Positions 9,125 through 18,581 of a stretch of 38,084 bases of DNA are shown one piece after another; position 1 is the first letter of the stretch; each line of letters begins with the position of its first letter. The position numbers and the translations under genes are program-made. The stretch covers positions 1-38,084 of the forward strand of contig DEIM01000078.1 of assembly GCA_002352485.1 (NCBI GenBank), given 5' to 3'. Under the pieces are notes generated by a model. The model was not told where the DNA came from, ran no database searches, and worked only from the letters and a program-made list of their open reading frames with translations. This DNA comes from Candidatus Dadabacteria bacterium UBA2774. Its GTDB lineage: Bacteria > Desulfobacterota_D > UBA1144 > Nemesobacterales > UBA2774.

Positions 9125-10858
9125 TCAGCCTCTGTAGAGGTTAGTGATAGGGAATCGGCGGTCTTTGCCGAAAGCGCGTGCGGTGATTTTGATACCCGGG
9201 GGGCCCTGCCGGCGTTTATACTCGTTTTGATCGACCATACCTACCACTCTCTTAACTAGCCTCTCTGTGTATCCAAGAGCTACAATCTCGGCTGCGCTAA
9301 GATCGTCTTCTACATAGGCCTTGAGTATAGGGTCAAGTATGTCATACGGAGGAAGTGAATCTGTATCGAGCTGGTCTGGCCTGAGCTCTGCGGACGGGGG
9401 CTTCTCAAGAATAGACTTAGGGATTATTTCTTTACCCTTATACTCATTGATGAAGAGCGAGAGTCTGAACACCATGGTCTTGGGAACGTCTTTAATGACC
9501 GCAAAGCCGCCTGCCATGTCGCCGTATATAGTACAGTAGCCCACGCTCATCTCGCTCTTGTTACCAGTAGTAAGAACTAACCACCCGAATTTGTTGGAAG
9601 CTGCCATGAGAATGTTTCCTCGTATTCTGGCCTGGAGGTTCTCTTCTGTTATATCCTCCTTAGTATCTGTAAATGTGTCGGAAAGCATATTTATATATGA
9701 ATTATATGCCTTAGCGATCGGTATCTTTATAAGCTCGATCCCAAGGTTCACCGATAGCTTCTCGGAATCTGTTACGCTGCCCCTAGAGCTGAATTTGGAG
9801 GGCATTGAGATGCCTACGACATTTTGTTTACCGAGAGCTTGTACAGCTACCGCTGCAACCAAAGCAGAGTCGATGCCGCCGCTTAGTCCGATTACGACTT
9901 TCTTGAAGCCGTTTTTGGATACATAGTCCTTTGTCCCTAGAACCAGGGCATTGAGTATTTCCTCTTCAACACTAAAAAATTCAGTCACTTTGGATTTTAC
10001 AGCCGATTTTTCATGACGCCACGCTTTCCTATCTTTGATCACGATAACTTCCGCACGCTTTTTATACTCTTTAAGATCTTTTTTTCTCTTTAAATCTTGC
10101 TTACGGGAACGGAGTACGCTTTTGATATTTATATCTGTAACCAGAAGCTCCTCTTTAAAACCACCCGCCCTGACTAGAATCTCCCCGCGCTCCCCCACGA
10201 CTACACTATGACCGTCAAAAACGAGCTCGTCCTGGCCGCCTACCAGGTTGCAGAAAGCAATAACTGCAGAATAGGTTTTGGCTCTTTTTACGAGCATCTG
10301 CTCACGAGAGGCTACTTTTGAGGAATAGTAGGGAGAGGACGAAATATTTATGATAACCTGCGCGTCGCCGACAATTGACTGCTTTCTTGTTGGATCGCCC
10401 GGATACCATATATCCTCACAAATATTTACACCGAATATAAACTTACCGAGCCTATATACGGGTGCTCTTTGCCCGGACTTAAAATACCTCTCTTCATCGA
10501 ATACGCCGTAGTTTGGAAGATAGTGCTTACGGTATACGTCTATAAGCTCCTTATTGTGTAGAATGGCGGCAGCGTTGTATAAGTGGCCATTATCTTGATC
10601 GGGATATCCTACTACTACGGTAATACCGGCTGTCGCCTTTCTTATCTCGTCAATTGCATGAACGCTGTCCTGAATGAATTTGGGCTTTAGAAGCAGGTCC
10701 TCGGGTGGGTACCCGGTGATTGTAAGCTCGGGGAAGGCAAGGACATCCACACCCAAGTCTTTTGCCGAGCGTATATATCTTAAAATCTTTTTCAGGTTGC
10801 CCCGGATATCTCCGACCCTGACATTTATCTGCGCTAAAGCGATTCTTACTGTGTCCAT
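9125..10858 (-). CDS. nadE: Glutamine-dependent NAD+ synthetase
   Basis: N-terminal carbon-nitrogen hydrolase domain (RIALAQINVRVGD, FPELTITGYPPEDL, VNICEDIWYP) fused to an NAD synthetase domain with PP-loop GLSGGIDSALVA. ATG 10858 (MDTVRIALAQ) is preferred over the upstream ATG 10933. Confidence 0.9.
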   Translation of the reverse strand: MDTVRIALAQINVRVGDIRGNLKKILRYIRSAKDLGVDVLAFPELTITGYPPEDLLLKPKFIQDSVHAIDEIRKATAGITVVVGYPDQDNGHLYNAAAILHNKELIDVYRKHYLPNYGVFDEERYFKSGQRAPVYRLGKFIFGVNICEDIWYPGDPTRKQSIVGDAQVIINISSSPYYSSKVASREQMLVKRAKTYSAVIAFCNLVGGQDELVFDGHSVVVGERGEILVRAGGFKEELLVTDINIKSVLRSRKQDLKRKKDLKEYKKRAEVIVIKDRKAWRHEKSAVKSKVTEFFSVEEEILNALVLGTKDYVSKNGFKKVVIGLSGGIDSALVAAVAVQALGKQNVVGISMPSKFSSRGSVTDSEKLSVNLGIELIKIPIAKAYNSYINMLSDTFTDTKEDITEENLQARIRGNILMAASNKFGWLVLTTGNKSEMSVGYCTIYGDMAGGFAVIKDVPKTMVFRLSLFINEYKGKEIIPKSILEKPPSAELRPDQLDTDSLPPYDILDPILKAYVEDDLSAAEIVALGYTERLVKRVVGMVDQNEYKRRQGPPGIKITARAFGKDRRFPITNLYRG

Positions 10859-10993
10859 GATTTGGTATTGGTAATTATAATACTCTAAGAAATAAAATTT
10901 CCACAGTTGATTATAAGGAAAACACTCTGGCAAATTGCTTGGTATTAATTGAATTTAATGACCAGGGGACGCAACAAAACCCTGCCCAAAGGC

Positions 10994-11635
10994 TTAGGAA
11001 AGGCCTATAGCGATATGGACTACATTGGCCAGAAAATGAAAGAGGATACTCGCCCAGAGCGTGCCAGTGGTTAAATAGAGATACCCCATGACTAAAGAGG
11101 GGAAGAAAGTGAGTATGGCCTGAGAGCATAACGAGAGATTATGATTTCCTCCTAGACATAACGTTATAAAATGACCGATTGCAAAGAGCAGGCTTACGAT
11201 TATGACGCCTTTTAAGTTGTTCCCGAGCTTATTCTGAAGGTAGCCTCTGAAAAACACTTCTTCAGGGAGCGCTACCAAAAGGAGCTGTACGAGAATAAAA
11301 GTATAGGAGAGCATACGAAACGAAAGAGATTTGTTTGTATAAAGACCTATGAGCGCTATGGCTCCTGTGTATATGAGGAGTAGGACGACGGAGACTATTA
11401 TCCCGATGATAACCCCTCTTAAATCCCACCTGAGCGCTGAAGAGCCCGTTCCGGTGAAAATAGGTACGGACAGCATTAAAAGGGCTGCAACGGAAGTAAC
11501 ATAGGGCCAGGGGATAAATAACTTCATAGCCACAATAGCTATAATGATTAGTGCGTAAATGGATAACGGGACAAGGTATCTGGACTCGCGAAGACTTGTT
11601 ATCATATGGAAAGCTCGGAATACATTTTCAGGCAA
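10994..11635 (-). CDS. CPBP-family (CAAX protease/Abi-type) intramembrane glutamic protease
   Basis: 213 aa with about 6 hydrophobic segments. Diagnostic motifs EEVFFRGY, FAIGH and HFLAN. The track start is TTG 11635; ATG 11605 is an alternative. Lies only 30 bp downstream of, and co-oriented with, the GT-C gene at 11666-12931. Confidence 0.8.
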   Translation of the reverse strand: MPENVFRAFHMITSLRESRYLVPLSIYALIIIAIVAMKLFIPWPYVTSVAALLMLSVPIFTGTGSSALRWDLRGVIIGIIVSVVLLLIYTGAIALIGLYTNKSLSFRMLSYTFILVQLLLVALPEEVFFRGYLQNKLGNNLKGVIIVSLLFAIGHFITLCLGGNHNLSLCSQAILTFFPSLVMGYLYLTTGTLWASILFHFLANVVHIAIGLS

Positions 11636-11665
11636 ACCTAAAAATACTTAAGATGGCTGTATAGG

Positions 11666-12931
11666 TCAATAAAGCTGATACAATTCGAATTTATTTATGA
11701 ATAGAACCCCCCAGAGATTTACTAAGATACCGAGAACAATTAATAATTTGTGATACCACTTGAGCTTGTCGGGAATACCCTTAAATGTAAGCAAAAGAAG
11801 AAACGGATAGAAATCGAGTGCATAACGGTAACCGAACTGAGTCCATCCCGTGCCGCTCTTTGTAAAGATCAAAAGAGCCGGGGGGATGATAGCAAGCCAG
11901 CACGCGAGGGCAAGGCGGTTTCTGATTCCAGCGGCGAAAGCGAATATGAACACCGGGGTAGTGATAAGTACACTGAGCCCCACTTTTGACGGGACGATGT
12001 AGGGCCAGCTTTCTATGAAAGCCGGCGGCTGTAGGAGGAAAGTATATAGGTGATGGCGCATATAGGAGAGGCTAAAAAGTCCCTGATCGAACCATGGGGA
12101 TACCTTGGCTTTGGCCTCTGAAATGGTATGCATGGAATACGCGACATCAAATGGCGAGCCGAAGCGTACATAGTTGTAGAGAAAGTTAAGACAGATAAAA
12201 ACCCCGACTCCGAGTGACAAAAGTAAAAGCGGTCTTAATTTAATCCGTTTTAATATAGAGCGACCAGGGGACAAAGGAAGCCAGAGATCTGAGAGCATGA
12301 TTATAAAAAACGGGAGTGTTAAAACTGTCAGAATCCTGGACCAGTATGAAGCCCCTAAAAGAAGACCGATCAAAAATACTCTGCGCTTACCAAAAGTTTC
12401 GTATATAGCGAGAAAGAGGAAAAAGAGCGAGACTATATGCGCAAAATACCAGACCGATCCGATGGTGGACGTGTACCAGTAAATGGTTCCGTATCCAAAG
12501 AGAAGAGTCATCCAAATCTGCTTTTCAAAACTCTCAGTAAGCCTTCTCATTAATAAGAAAACGAGTGAGACATTTATGCTGCCCAGTAATATTGATGCGA
12601 ATACCTGACTAAAAGACAGACCCCATACTGCTACGAACGGTACTAAAAGCAAAGCCGGCATTGGGGGATAAATGGTATATGAGAGGCCGTCTCTTAAGAT
12701 GAGCTCTTCAAAATAAAACGGGGTGTCCTGGAGATAAAGCCTGCCGGCAAGCAGGGCGTCTGCCAGGTATATGAAATAGTTAAAGGGATCGGGGTTAGCA
12801 GGCTGCGTTATAAAATATAAAACAAACGAAAACAAAAAGAATAGTGCTGCTGCAATCAGTGCGGAGTTTCTTTTATAACCCGGATTCGATATATTCATTG
12901 TAACCTTCTTATAAAATAACATTATATTCAA
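11666..12931 (-). CDS. Polytopic GT-C-type glycosyltransferase, PimE/PIG-M-like (GT87/DUF2029-like) by motif; paralogue of 16031-17257
   Basis: 421 aa with at least 9 hydrophobic segments. First-loop motif NYFIYLADALLAGRLYL...SYTIYPPMPALLLVP resembles the acidic/aromatic loop followed by Y.YPP..A.L..P that I recall for PimE/PIG-M-type polyprenyl-P-mannose transferases (not searched). Roughly half the residues are identical to the 16031-17257 product, including the identical block VNVSLVFLLMRRLT and near-identical blocks (FLIGLLLGASYW / FLIGLLLGAAYW; FFIIMLSDLW / FFLIMLSDLW). Alternative starts at M4 and M12 (12898). Confidence 0.55.
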   Translation of the reverse strand: MNIMLFYKKVTMNISNPGYKRNSALIAAALFFLFSFVLYFITQPANPDPFNYFIYLADALLAGRLYLQDTPFYFEELILRDGLSYTIYPPMPALLLVPFVAVWGLSFSQVFASILLGSINVSLVFLLMRRLTESFEKQIWMTLLFGYGTIYWYTSTIGSVWYFAHIVSLFFLFLAIYETFGKRRVFLIGLLLGASYWSRILTVLTLPFFIIMLSDLWLPLSPGRSILKRIKLRPLLLLSLGVGVFICLNFLYNYVRFGSPFDVAYSMHTISEAKAKVSPWFDQGLFSLSYMRHHLYTFLLQPPAFIESWPYIVPSKVGLSVLITTPVFIFAFAAGIRNRLALACWLAIIPPALLIFTKSGTGWTQFGYRYALDFYPFLLLLTFKGIPDKLKWYHKLLIVLGILVNLWGVLFINKFELYQLY

Positions 12932-12992
12932 GCATGAATAGAACGGTCAAGATATTATGGAGATGCGGCTTGATCGATGGCATATATAAGCA

Positions 12993-14084
12993 ATGAACCG
13001 CAAAGACACACTTAAAGAAATACTGCCCGTAATAATCATTACTATATTGGGCACATACTTTTTTTCTTATGTCTCTTACATACTGATTCAAAATCTGTAT
13101 CCCGAAAGCTTGCTTGGAATATGGACAAAATGGGATACAGGAAACTATTTAACAATTGCTGAAAACGGATACGGCTCCTCAGCTAATACACTTATCGCCT
13201 TTTTCCCTCTTTACCCCTACCTCACTAAAGTCTTTACCCTACTCTTTCAGAATTATATGTTGTCCGCCTTAGTAATATCAAATCTGGCATATGCAGTAGC
13301 CGCTTATTTCCTGTACGAGCTAGTAAAACTGGACTATGAGAAAGAAGACGCATTAAGGGCTATAATATATTTGTCCGTTTTCCCGACGGCTTATTTCCTG
13401 CATGCCGCCTATACAGAGAGCTTATTTCTGGCTCTCACGATTTCGAGCTTTTATTACGCAAGAAACGGAAGATGGGCAATTTCGGGCATACTCGGTATGC
13501 TGGCAGCGGCTACAAGAATTACCGGCATCCTGCTTCTCCCGGTGCTCATTGTGGAGTACTTATCACAGAAGAGCTATAAGATAAGGAATATAAGGCCTGA
13601 TCTTTTGTGGATAGGAATAATAGGACTTGGCTTACTCGCATACTTAATCCTGAATTATGTAGTAGCCGGAGATCCGTTTTATTTTCTCGAAGTACAGCAG
13701 GCGAGCTGGTCGAGGAAGATCGCACTTCCGTACGAGGGGTTTGTAAATGCAATTGGCGGAATGCAGGGGCGAGTTCCTTCAGGAGCTCTGACAGGAGACT
13801 GGGCCGAGATCATATTCGCGGCGCTTGGACTTGCAGGAGTTATTTACAGCTTTTTTAGACTACGTCTCTCCTATAGCCTGTACATCTTACTAACCTGGCT
13901 CCTCGTAACTTCGAGCGTGATCTGGCTTAGTATACCGAGGTTTACGCTTACAATGTTTCCGCTGTTTATTCTCATGGCACTGTTTGGCAGGCGCAGAGGT
14001 GTTAACTTCATAATAATTTTCTTCTCACTAATATGCTTTGCTTTATTTTTATCACAGTTTGTAAGGTTCAGGTGGGCTTTTTAG
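12993..14084 (+). CDS. PIG-V/Gpi18-like GT-C mannosyltransferase family membrane protein (copy 1 of a tandem pair)
   Basis: 363-aa polytopic protein. WDTGNYLTIAENGY...IAFFPLYPYL matches the WD..H(Y/F)L.IA..GY...AFFP signature I recall for the PIG-V/Gpi18 family. Stop TAG 14082-14084 is 2 nt before the next start. Confidence 0.65.
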   Translation: MNRKDTLKEILPVIIITILGTYFFSYVSYILIQNLYPESLLGIWTKWDTGNYLTIAENGYGSSANTLIAFFPLYPYLTKVFTLLFQNYMLSALVISNLAYAVAAYFLYELVKLDYEKEDALRAIIYLSVFPTAYFLHAAYTESLFLALTISSFYYARNGRWAISGILGMLAAATRITGILLLPVLIVEYLSQKSYKIRNIRPDLLWIGIIGLGLLAYLILNYVVAGDPFYFLEVQQASWSRKIALPYEGFVNAIGGMQGRVPSGALTGDWAEIIFAALGLAGVIYSFFRLRLSYSLYILLTWLLVTSSVIWLSIPRFTLTMFPLFILMALFGRRRGVNFIIIFFSLICFALFLSQFVRFRWAF

Positions 14085-14086
14085 TT

Positions 14087-15214
14087 ATGAGTAGAAAGAA
14101 ACTTGAAGATATATTAGACATTCTTCCCATCATACTCACAGTTATTATAGGCACATTCCTGTTCGGAATCGCGTCCCACTTGGTGATAGAGAACAGATTT
14201 CCGGACAACATACTTAATTTATGGAATGCCTGGGACGCTCAGCACTATGTAAATATAGCCAAGTACGGATACGCCGCTTTAACTGAAGACGGGAGACACC
14301 TGCAGATCGTGTTCTTCCCGTTATTTCCTTATCTTACCAAATTATTTTCCTTCATCTTTCAGAACTATATCGTCTCTGCCCTTTTCGTATCAAATCTGTC
14401 TTATGCAGCAGCTGCTTATTATCTGTATAAGCTCGTAAAATTAGACTTTGAAAGGCAAGACGCTTACAGGGCTGTTATCTATTTTTCTGTATTCCCGACG
14501 GCTTATTTCCTGCATGCAGCTTATACCGAGAGCTTGTTTCTGGCTCTCACGATTTCGAGTTTTTACTATGCAAGAAACGGGAGGTGGCCTATTGTTGGCG
14601 TACTTGGAACGCTTGCGGCAGCCACAAGAATTACGGGAATACTTCTGGTTCCGATCCTCATAATTGAATACTTATCACAAAAGGACTATAAGATAAGGAA
14701 TATACGGTTGGACATAATCTGGATCGGGGTGATCGGGCTTGGTTTACTCGCCTACCTGATATTAAACTATGTAGTTGCCGGAGACCCGCTGTATTTCATG
14801 GAAATACAAAGAGAGCACTGGAATAAGAAACTTGATTTCCCGTATGAAGGGTTTATAAGCGCATGGAATATTATGACCGGGAAGTTCACGCTTAACATCG
14901 ACACTCCCTCAGCTAGAATGCTTGGGGGCCCGGCTGAGATTATATTCGCGCTCTTAGGACTTTCACTTACTATATATAGTTTTTTCAGGATAAGACTTTC
15001 TTACTGTTTATACGCCCTGGCCACCTGGATTATCGTGACCTCTACAGGGTTCTGGCTGAGTATTCCCCGCTATACGCTTGCCATGTTTCCAATCTTTATA
15101 ACTTTGGCTCTCTTGGGAAGAAGAAAGTATGTCAATTATCTCATAATTTTCATATCGATACTATTCTACGCGCTCTTTTTATCGTCTTTTGTCAGGTTCC
15201 AATGGGCCTTTTAA
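14087..15214 (+). CDS. PIG-V/Gpi18-like GT-C mannosyltransferase family membrane protein (copy 2 of a tandem pair)
   Basis: ATG 14087 (MSRKKLEDIL) is preferred over ATG 14033, which would overlap the previous gene. Motif WDAQHYVNIAKYGY...VFFPLFPYL. About 60-70 percent identical to the upstream paralogue, including a 33-aa identical block. Confidence 0.65.
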   Translation: MSRKKLEDILDILPIILTVIIGTFLFGIASHLVIENRFPDNILNLWNAWDAQHYVNIAKYGYAALTEDGRHLQIVFFPLFPYLTKLFSFIFQNYIVSALFVSNLSYAAAAYYLYKLVKLDFERQDAYRAVIYFSVFPTAYFLHAAYTESLFLALTISSFYYARNGRWPIVGVLGTLAAATRITGILLVPILIIEYLSQKDYKIRNIRLDIIWIGVIGLGLLAYLILNYVVAGDPLYFMEIQREHWNKKLDFPYEGFISAWNIMTGKFTLNIDTPSARMLGGPAEIIFALLGLSLTIYSFFRIRLSYCLYALATWIIVTSTGFWLSIPRYTLAMFPIFITLALLGRRKYVNYLIIFISILFYALFLSSFVRFQWAF

Positions 15215-15324
15215 ACTCGGTTCTATCGTCTAGTACTTCTTAATAGATTTATATCTGTTCTTTCGTACTTAGAACGGAAGTTTCACACTGATATATAAGG
15301 TGTTATTATAATTGACTGAAAATT

Positions 15325-16017
15325 ATGGATATTAGTATTGTCATCCCCACGTATAACGAATCTGAGAATCTGCCTATTCTTATCGATAGAATAGTAAAAG
15401 TCCTTGAACAGAGCGGCATCGAGGGACAAATTATAGTAGTAGACGACGATTCACCCGACAAGACCTGGGAAATTGCCAATGACCTTAATAAGACCTACGG
15501 CAATATAGAGGTAGTGCGAAGACAGGGAAAGAGAGGACTTTCATCCGCGGTGCTCGACGGGTTTACCGAGTCCGGGAGCCCGATACTAGGGGTGATGGAC
15601 GCAGATTTAAGCCATCCGCCAGAGAAGATACCCGAGCTTGTGGAGCCTATATTAAATCGTGAGGCCGATATCACAATAGGAAGCAGGTATATAAACAGTG
15701 GGGAAATAGAGCAATGGCCATTGATGAGAAAATTATCTTCCAAGCTGGCTACACTGGCAGCTTGCAAACTTACCAGCGTTAAAGACCCGATGTCGGGCTT
15801 TTTCTTTCTGAGACGAGAGGTGATTGAGAACATCGAGTTAAACCCCAAAGGGTTTAAAATAGGTCTCGAGATCCTTGTAAGAGGAAAGTACGGAAACGTA
15901 ATAGAGGTACCTATAAAGTTTCGGGATCGAATATACGGGGAAACCAAATTGAGCCAAAAGGTAATTATTGATTACCTGATCCACGTAACTAGGCTATACA
16001 TATATAAAATCTTTTAA
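15325..16017 (+). CDS. GT2 polyprenyl-phosphate mannose synthase-like (Dpm1/Ppm1-type)
   Basis: 230 aa, soluble. Motifs ISIVIPTYNESENL, VVDDDSPDKT, MDADLSHPP (DxD) and DPMSGFFFLRR. Size and motifs are typical of Dpm1/Ppm1-type synthases. Confidence 0.75.
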   Translation: MDISIVIPTYNESENLPILIDRIVKVLEQSGIEGQIIVVDDDSPDKTWEIANDLNKTYGNIEVVRRQGKRGLSSAVLDGFTESGSPILGVMDADLSHPPEKIPELVEPILNREADITIGSRYINSGEIEQWPLMRKLSSKLATLAACKLTSVKDPMSGFFFLRREVIENIELNPKGFKIGLEILVRGKYGNVIEVPIKFRDRIYGETKLSQKVIIDYLIHVTRLYIYKIF

Positions 16018-16030
16018 GACGATATATGAA

Positions 16031-17257
16031 ATGAATATTCGCCTATTTACAAATAAAAATTTTCACATAATAGCGGCTCTTATCTTTTTTTCAGTAACAT
16101 TCTTAGTATATGCCCTAACGGGGGAGGGAAGAAAAACACCATACGACTATTTTGTACCGCTTGCTGACGCGCTCCTACACGGAAGGACATACCTTTTAGA
16201 AAACATCCCCTGGCTCAACGAGCTATTATTAATTGACGGAAGATACTATGTAATTTATCCGCCTGTACCTGCGCTTCTACTACTGCCGCAAGCCGCTATA
16301 TCGGGTATGGAAGCCAATCAGACCCTGGCTTCCGTTTTTTGGGGCAGTGTAAACGTATCATTAGTATTTTTACTGATGAGGCGACTCACAAATAATGTGC
16401 GAATTCAGATTTGGATGACGATCCTTTTTGGCTTCGGGACAATACATTGGTACCTCGCAAGCCTGGGGAAAGCCTGGTTTTTTGCTCATATTACATCTTT
16501 TTTTTTCCTTACAGCCGCAATTTTCGAAACATTGGGTAAAAGACGACCATTTCTAATAGGGCTATTACTGGGAGCCGCATACTGGTGCCGACTGCCAATT
16601 ATACTTTCAGCACCTTTCTTTCTAATAATGCTCTCGGACCTATGGTGGAGAAGGGATAACACTTTAACCCCGCTCAAAAGGATTGATTTGATTCCACTCG
16701 TAAAATTCGGCCTCGGCGTAGGCGTATTTATTATATTGAATTTCGCTTACAACTACATAAGGTTCGGTACTATGGCCGACATCGCCTATGACATTCAAGC
16801 GGCAAGGGAGCCCTGGTTTTACCCAAAAGGCTTATTCCATATATCCTATATTCGAGATCACCTGTGGACCTTTTTTCTCAAACCCCCCGCATTTAGCACA
16901 CAAGCCCCTTACGTCAAACCAGATTATATGGGAATGTCTATTTTAATAACCACGCCTGCATTCATTTATGCTGTTTTTGCGGGAATCAGAAAGAGAATCT
17001 CTCTAGCGTGCTGGGCTGGAATAATACCTGTAGCATTTATATTATTTATCCACGGAGGCGTCGGGTGGCAACAGTTCGGTTATAGATTTGCCCTGGATTT
17101 CTACCCGTATCTCTTAATATTGACGGCGCTTGGGATAAACAGGGGCCTGAAGGCCGAATCGGATTTGGAATGGCACCAAAAAACCCTTATTATAGCAAGT
17201 ATTCTTGTTAACTTGTGGGGGGTTATATGGATAAACAAATTCGGGTGGGTGATATAG
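16031..17257 (+). CDS. Polytopic GT-C-type glycosyltransferase, PimE/PIG-M-like by motif; paralogue of 11666-12931
   Basis: 408 aa. Motif YDYFVPLADALLHGRTYL...YYVIYPPVPALLLLP. Long blocks shared with the 11666-12931 product. Lies 13 bp after the Dpm1-like gene. Confidence 0.55.
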   Translation: MNIRLFTNKNFHIIAALIFFSVTFLVYALTGEGRKTPYDYFVPLADALLHGRTYLLENIPWLNELLLIDGRYYVIYPPVPALLLLPQAAISGMEANQTLASVFWGSVNVSLVFLLMRRLTNNVRIQIWMTILFGFGTIHWYLASLGKAWFFAHITSFFFLTAAIFETLGKRRPFLIGLLLGAAYWCRLPIILSAPFFLIMLSDLWWRRDNTLTPLKRIDLIPLVKFGLGVGVFIILNFAYNYIRFGTMADIAYDIQAAREPWFYPKGLFHISYIRDHLWTFFLKPPAFSTQAPYVKPDYMGMSILITTPAFIYAVFAGIRKRISLACWAGIIPVAFILFIHGGVGWQQFGYRFALDFYPYLLILTALGINRGLKAESDLEWHQKTLIIASILVNLWGVIWINKFGWVI

Positions 17258-17267
17258 TAATTTAACG

Positions 17268-18512
17268 ATGCGTAAATTTCTGGTGGTCTCAATATCGGTA
17301 GTAATCACATTACTCATTTGCGAGGGGGCATTACGTTTTTTAACAAACCAATCCGGAAATAAGCCCCCTATACTTGATATTCAATTCCCGTCTAGAGAGA
17401 TCTTCCCTCATGACCAAATTATGACACCGGAAGAAAAACTGCTGATGAGTAATTATTGGTATAATTTCCTGATTGTAGACGGGGAAAAAATTACAAAGGG
17501 CGATCTTTGGGGGATTCTGAGAGAGGATGACGGGCTCGGCTTCACGGCAAAGGAAAACGCTTCATCTACAAACAGATGGTGGCAATCTAATAATATCGGC
17601 GCTCGGTCAAATGTAATTACTACTAGAGCCAAATCACCCGGCAGGGAGAGGATTCTCCTATTCGGCAACTCTTACGCTCAAGCAAGCAGGGTCCCGCAGA
17701 ACATGACTATAGATTTCTATCTGAACTCGAGAAGGCCGAATATTGAAGCGATTAACTTTGGAGTCGACGGTTATGGTATGGCACAGTCATACTTGCGATT
17801 TAAGATACTCAAAAATGAGCTTGAATACGACAGGGTATTCATGATTTTTGTGCCCGGAGCAGACCTGGAGAGAGAGATTAACGCCAGCAGATACTTAGGG
17901 CTCGGCTGGTTCAGCAGCTATTCTATAACGATCCAACCGAGGTTTGTGATCGAGAACGGAGAGCTAAGCCTTATTCCCAGTCCGTATAAGAACCTTGACG
18001 AGATGATCGAACAAAACGGCGATCATGTATCTGAGAGATTAAAACACCACTTAAGGAAATACGATTCTTTTTATTTCCCGCTCTGGCACGAGGAAACGCC
18101 TGTGCTTGACAAACTATTGCTTGTTAAACTTATTAAGTATGGGTTATACAAACATAGGAAAAACACGATCAACCAAAATTTAATGAATGCCGACTCTGAA
18201 TCGGTACAGATAACAAAAAAAATCACCGAAACGATGGCCAAAGAGGTGGAAGAAGACGGAGGAGCTTTTACTTTGATTGTTCTTCCGACTATATGGGATA
18301 TTCATTATTATCGATCTGATCCAGATTTTAAGCATAAATGGAATGTTATGGTCAGTGAAGTTTGCACATATCAAATTAGTTGTCTGGACATAATGAAAGA
18401 TTTTCAGGCATTGCCTATTGAGTTTTTCGACACCGGTTATGACCAGACGCATTACGGTCCGAAAACCAATAGTCTTATAGCAGACATAATCTTGCGAAAA
18501 AAAATGCAGTGA
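17268..18512 (+). CDS. Membrane-anchored hypothetical protein, possibly an SGNH/GDSL-like esterase or acyltransferase
   Basis: 414 aa. N-terminal anchor MRKFLVVSISVVITLLICEGALRF. Candidate block I LLFGNSYAQAS (GDS-like, with Asn for Asp) and C-terminal block V DQTHYG (DxxH). The assignment is tentative. Confidence 0.4.
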   Translation: MRKFLVVSISVVITLLICEGALRFLTNQSGNKPPILDIQFPSREIFPHDQIMTPEEKLLMSNYWYNFLIVDGEKITKGDLWGILREDDGLGFTAKENASSTNRWWQSNNIGARSNVITTRAKSPGRERILLFGNSYAQASRVPQNMTIDFYLNSRRPNIEAINFGVDGYGMAQSYLRFKILKNELEYDRVFMIFVPGADLEREINASRYLGLGWFSSYSITIQPRFVIENGELSLIPSPYKNLDEMIEQNGDHVSERLKHHLRKYDSFYFPLWHEETPVLDKLLLVKLIKYGLYKHRKNTINQNLMNADSESVQITKKITETMAKEVEEDGGAFTLIVLPTIWDIHYYRSDPDFKHKWNVMVSEVCTYQISCLDIMKDFQALPIEFFDTGYDQTHYGPKTNSLIADIILRKKMQ

Positions 18513-18581
18513 TCATAGCTAAAAATCTTATCTTGACTATTATGCTTTATTGATCCGATATGCTATGTATTCCAAATGAAC

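Noticed and set aside
12993-15214. Recent gene conversion as the explanation for the near-identical block in the tandem PIG-V-like genes.
   Set aside because: The block still carries about 9 synonymous differences in about 95 nt. Long-term purifying selection on the peptide therefore explains it at least as well, and conversion is left as an untested alternative.
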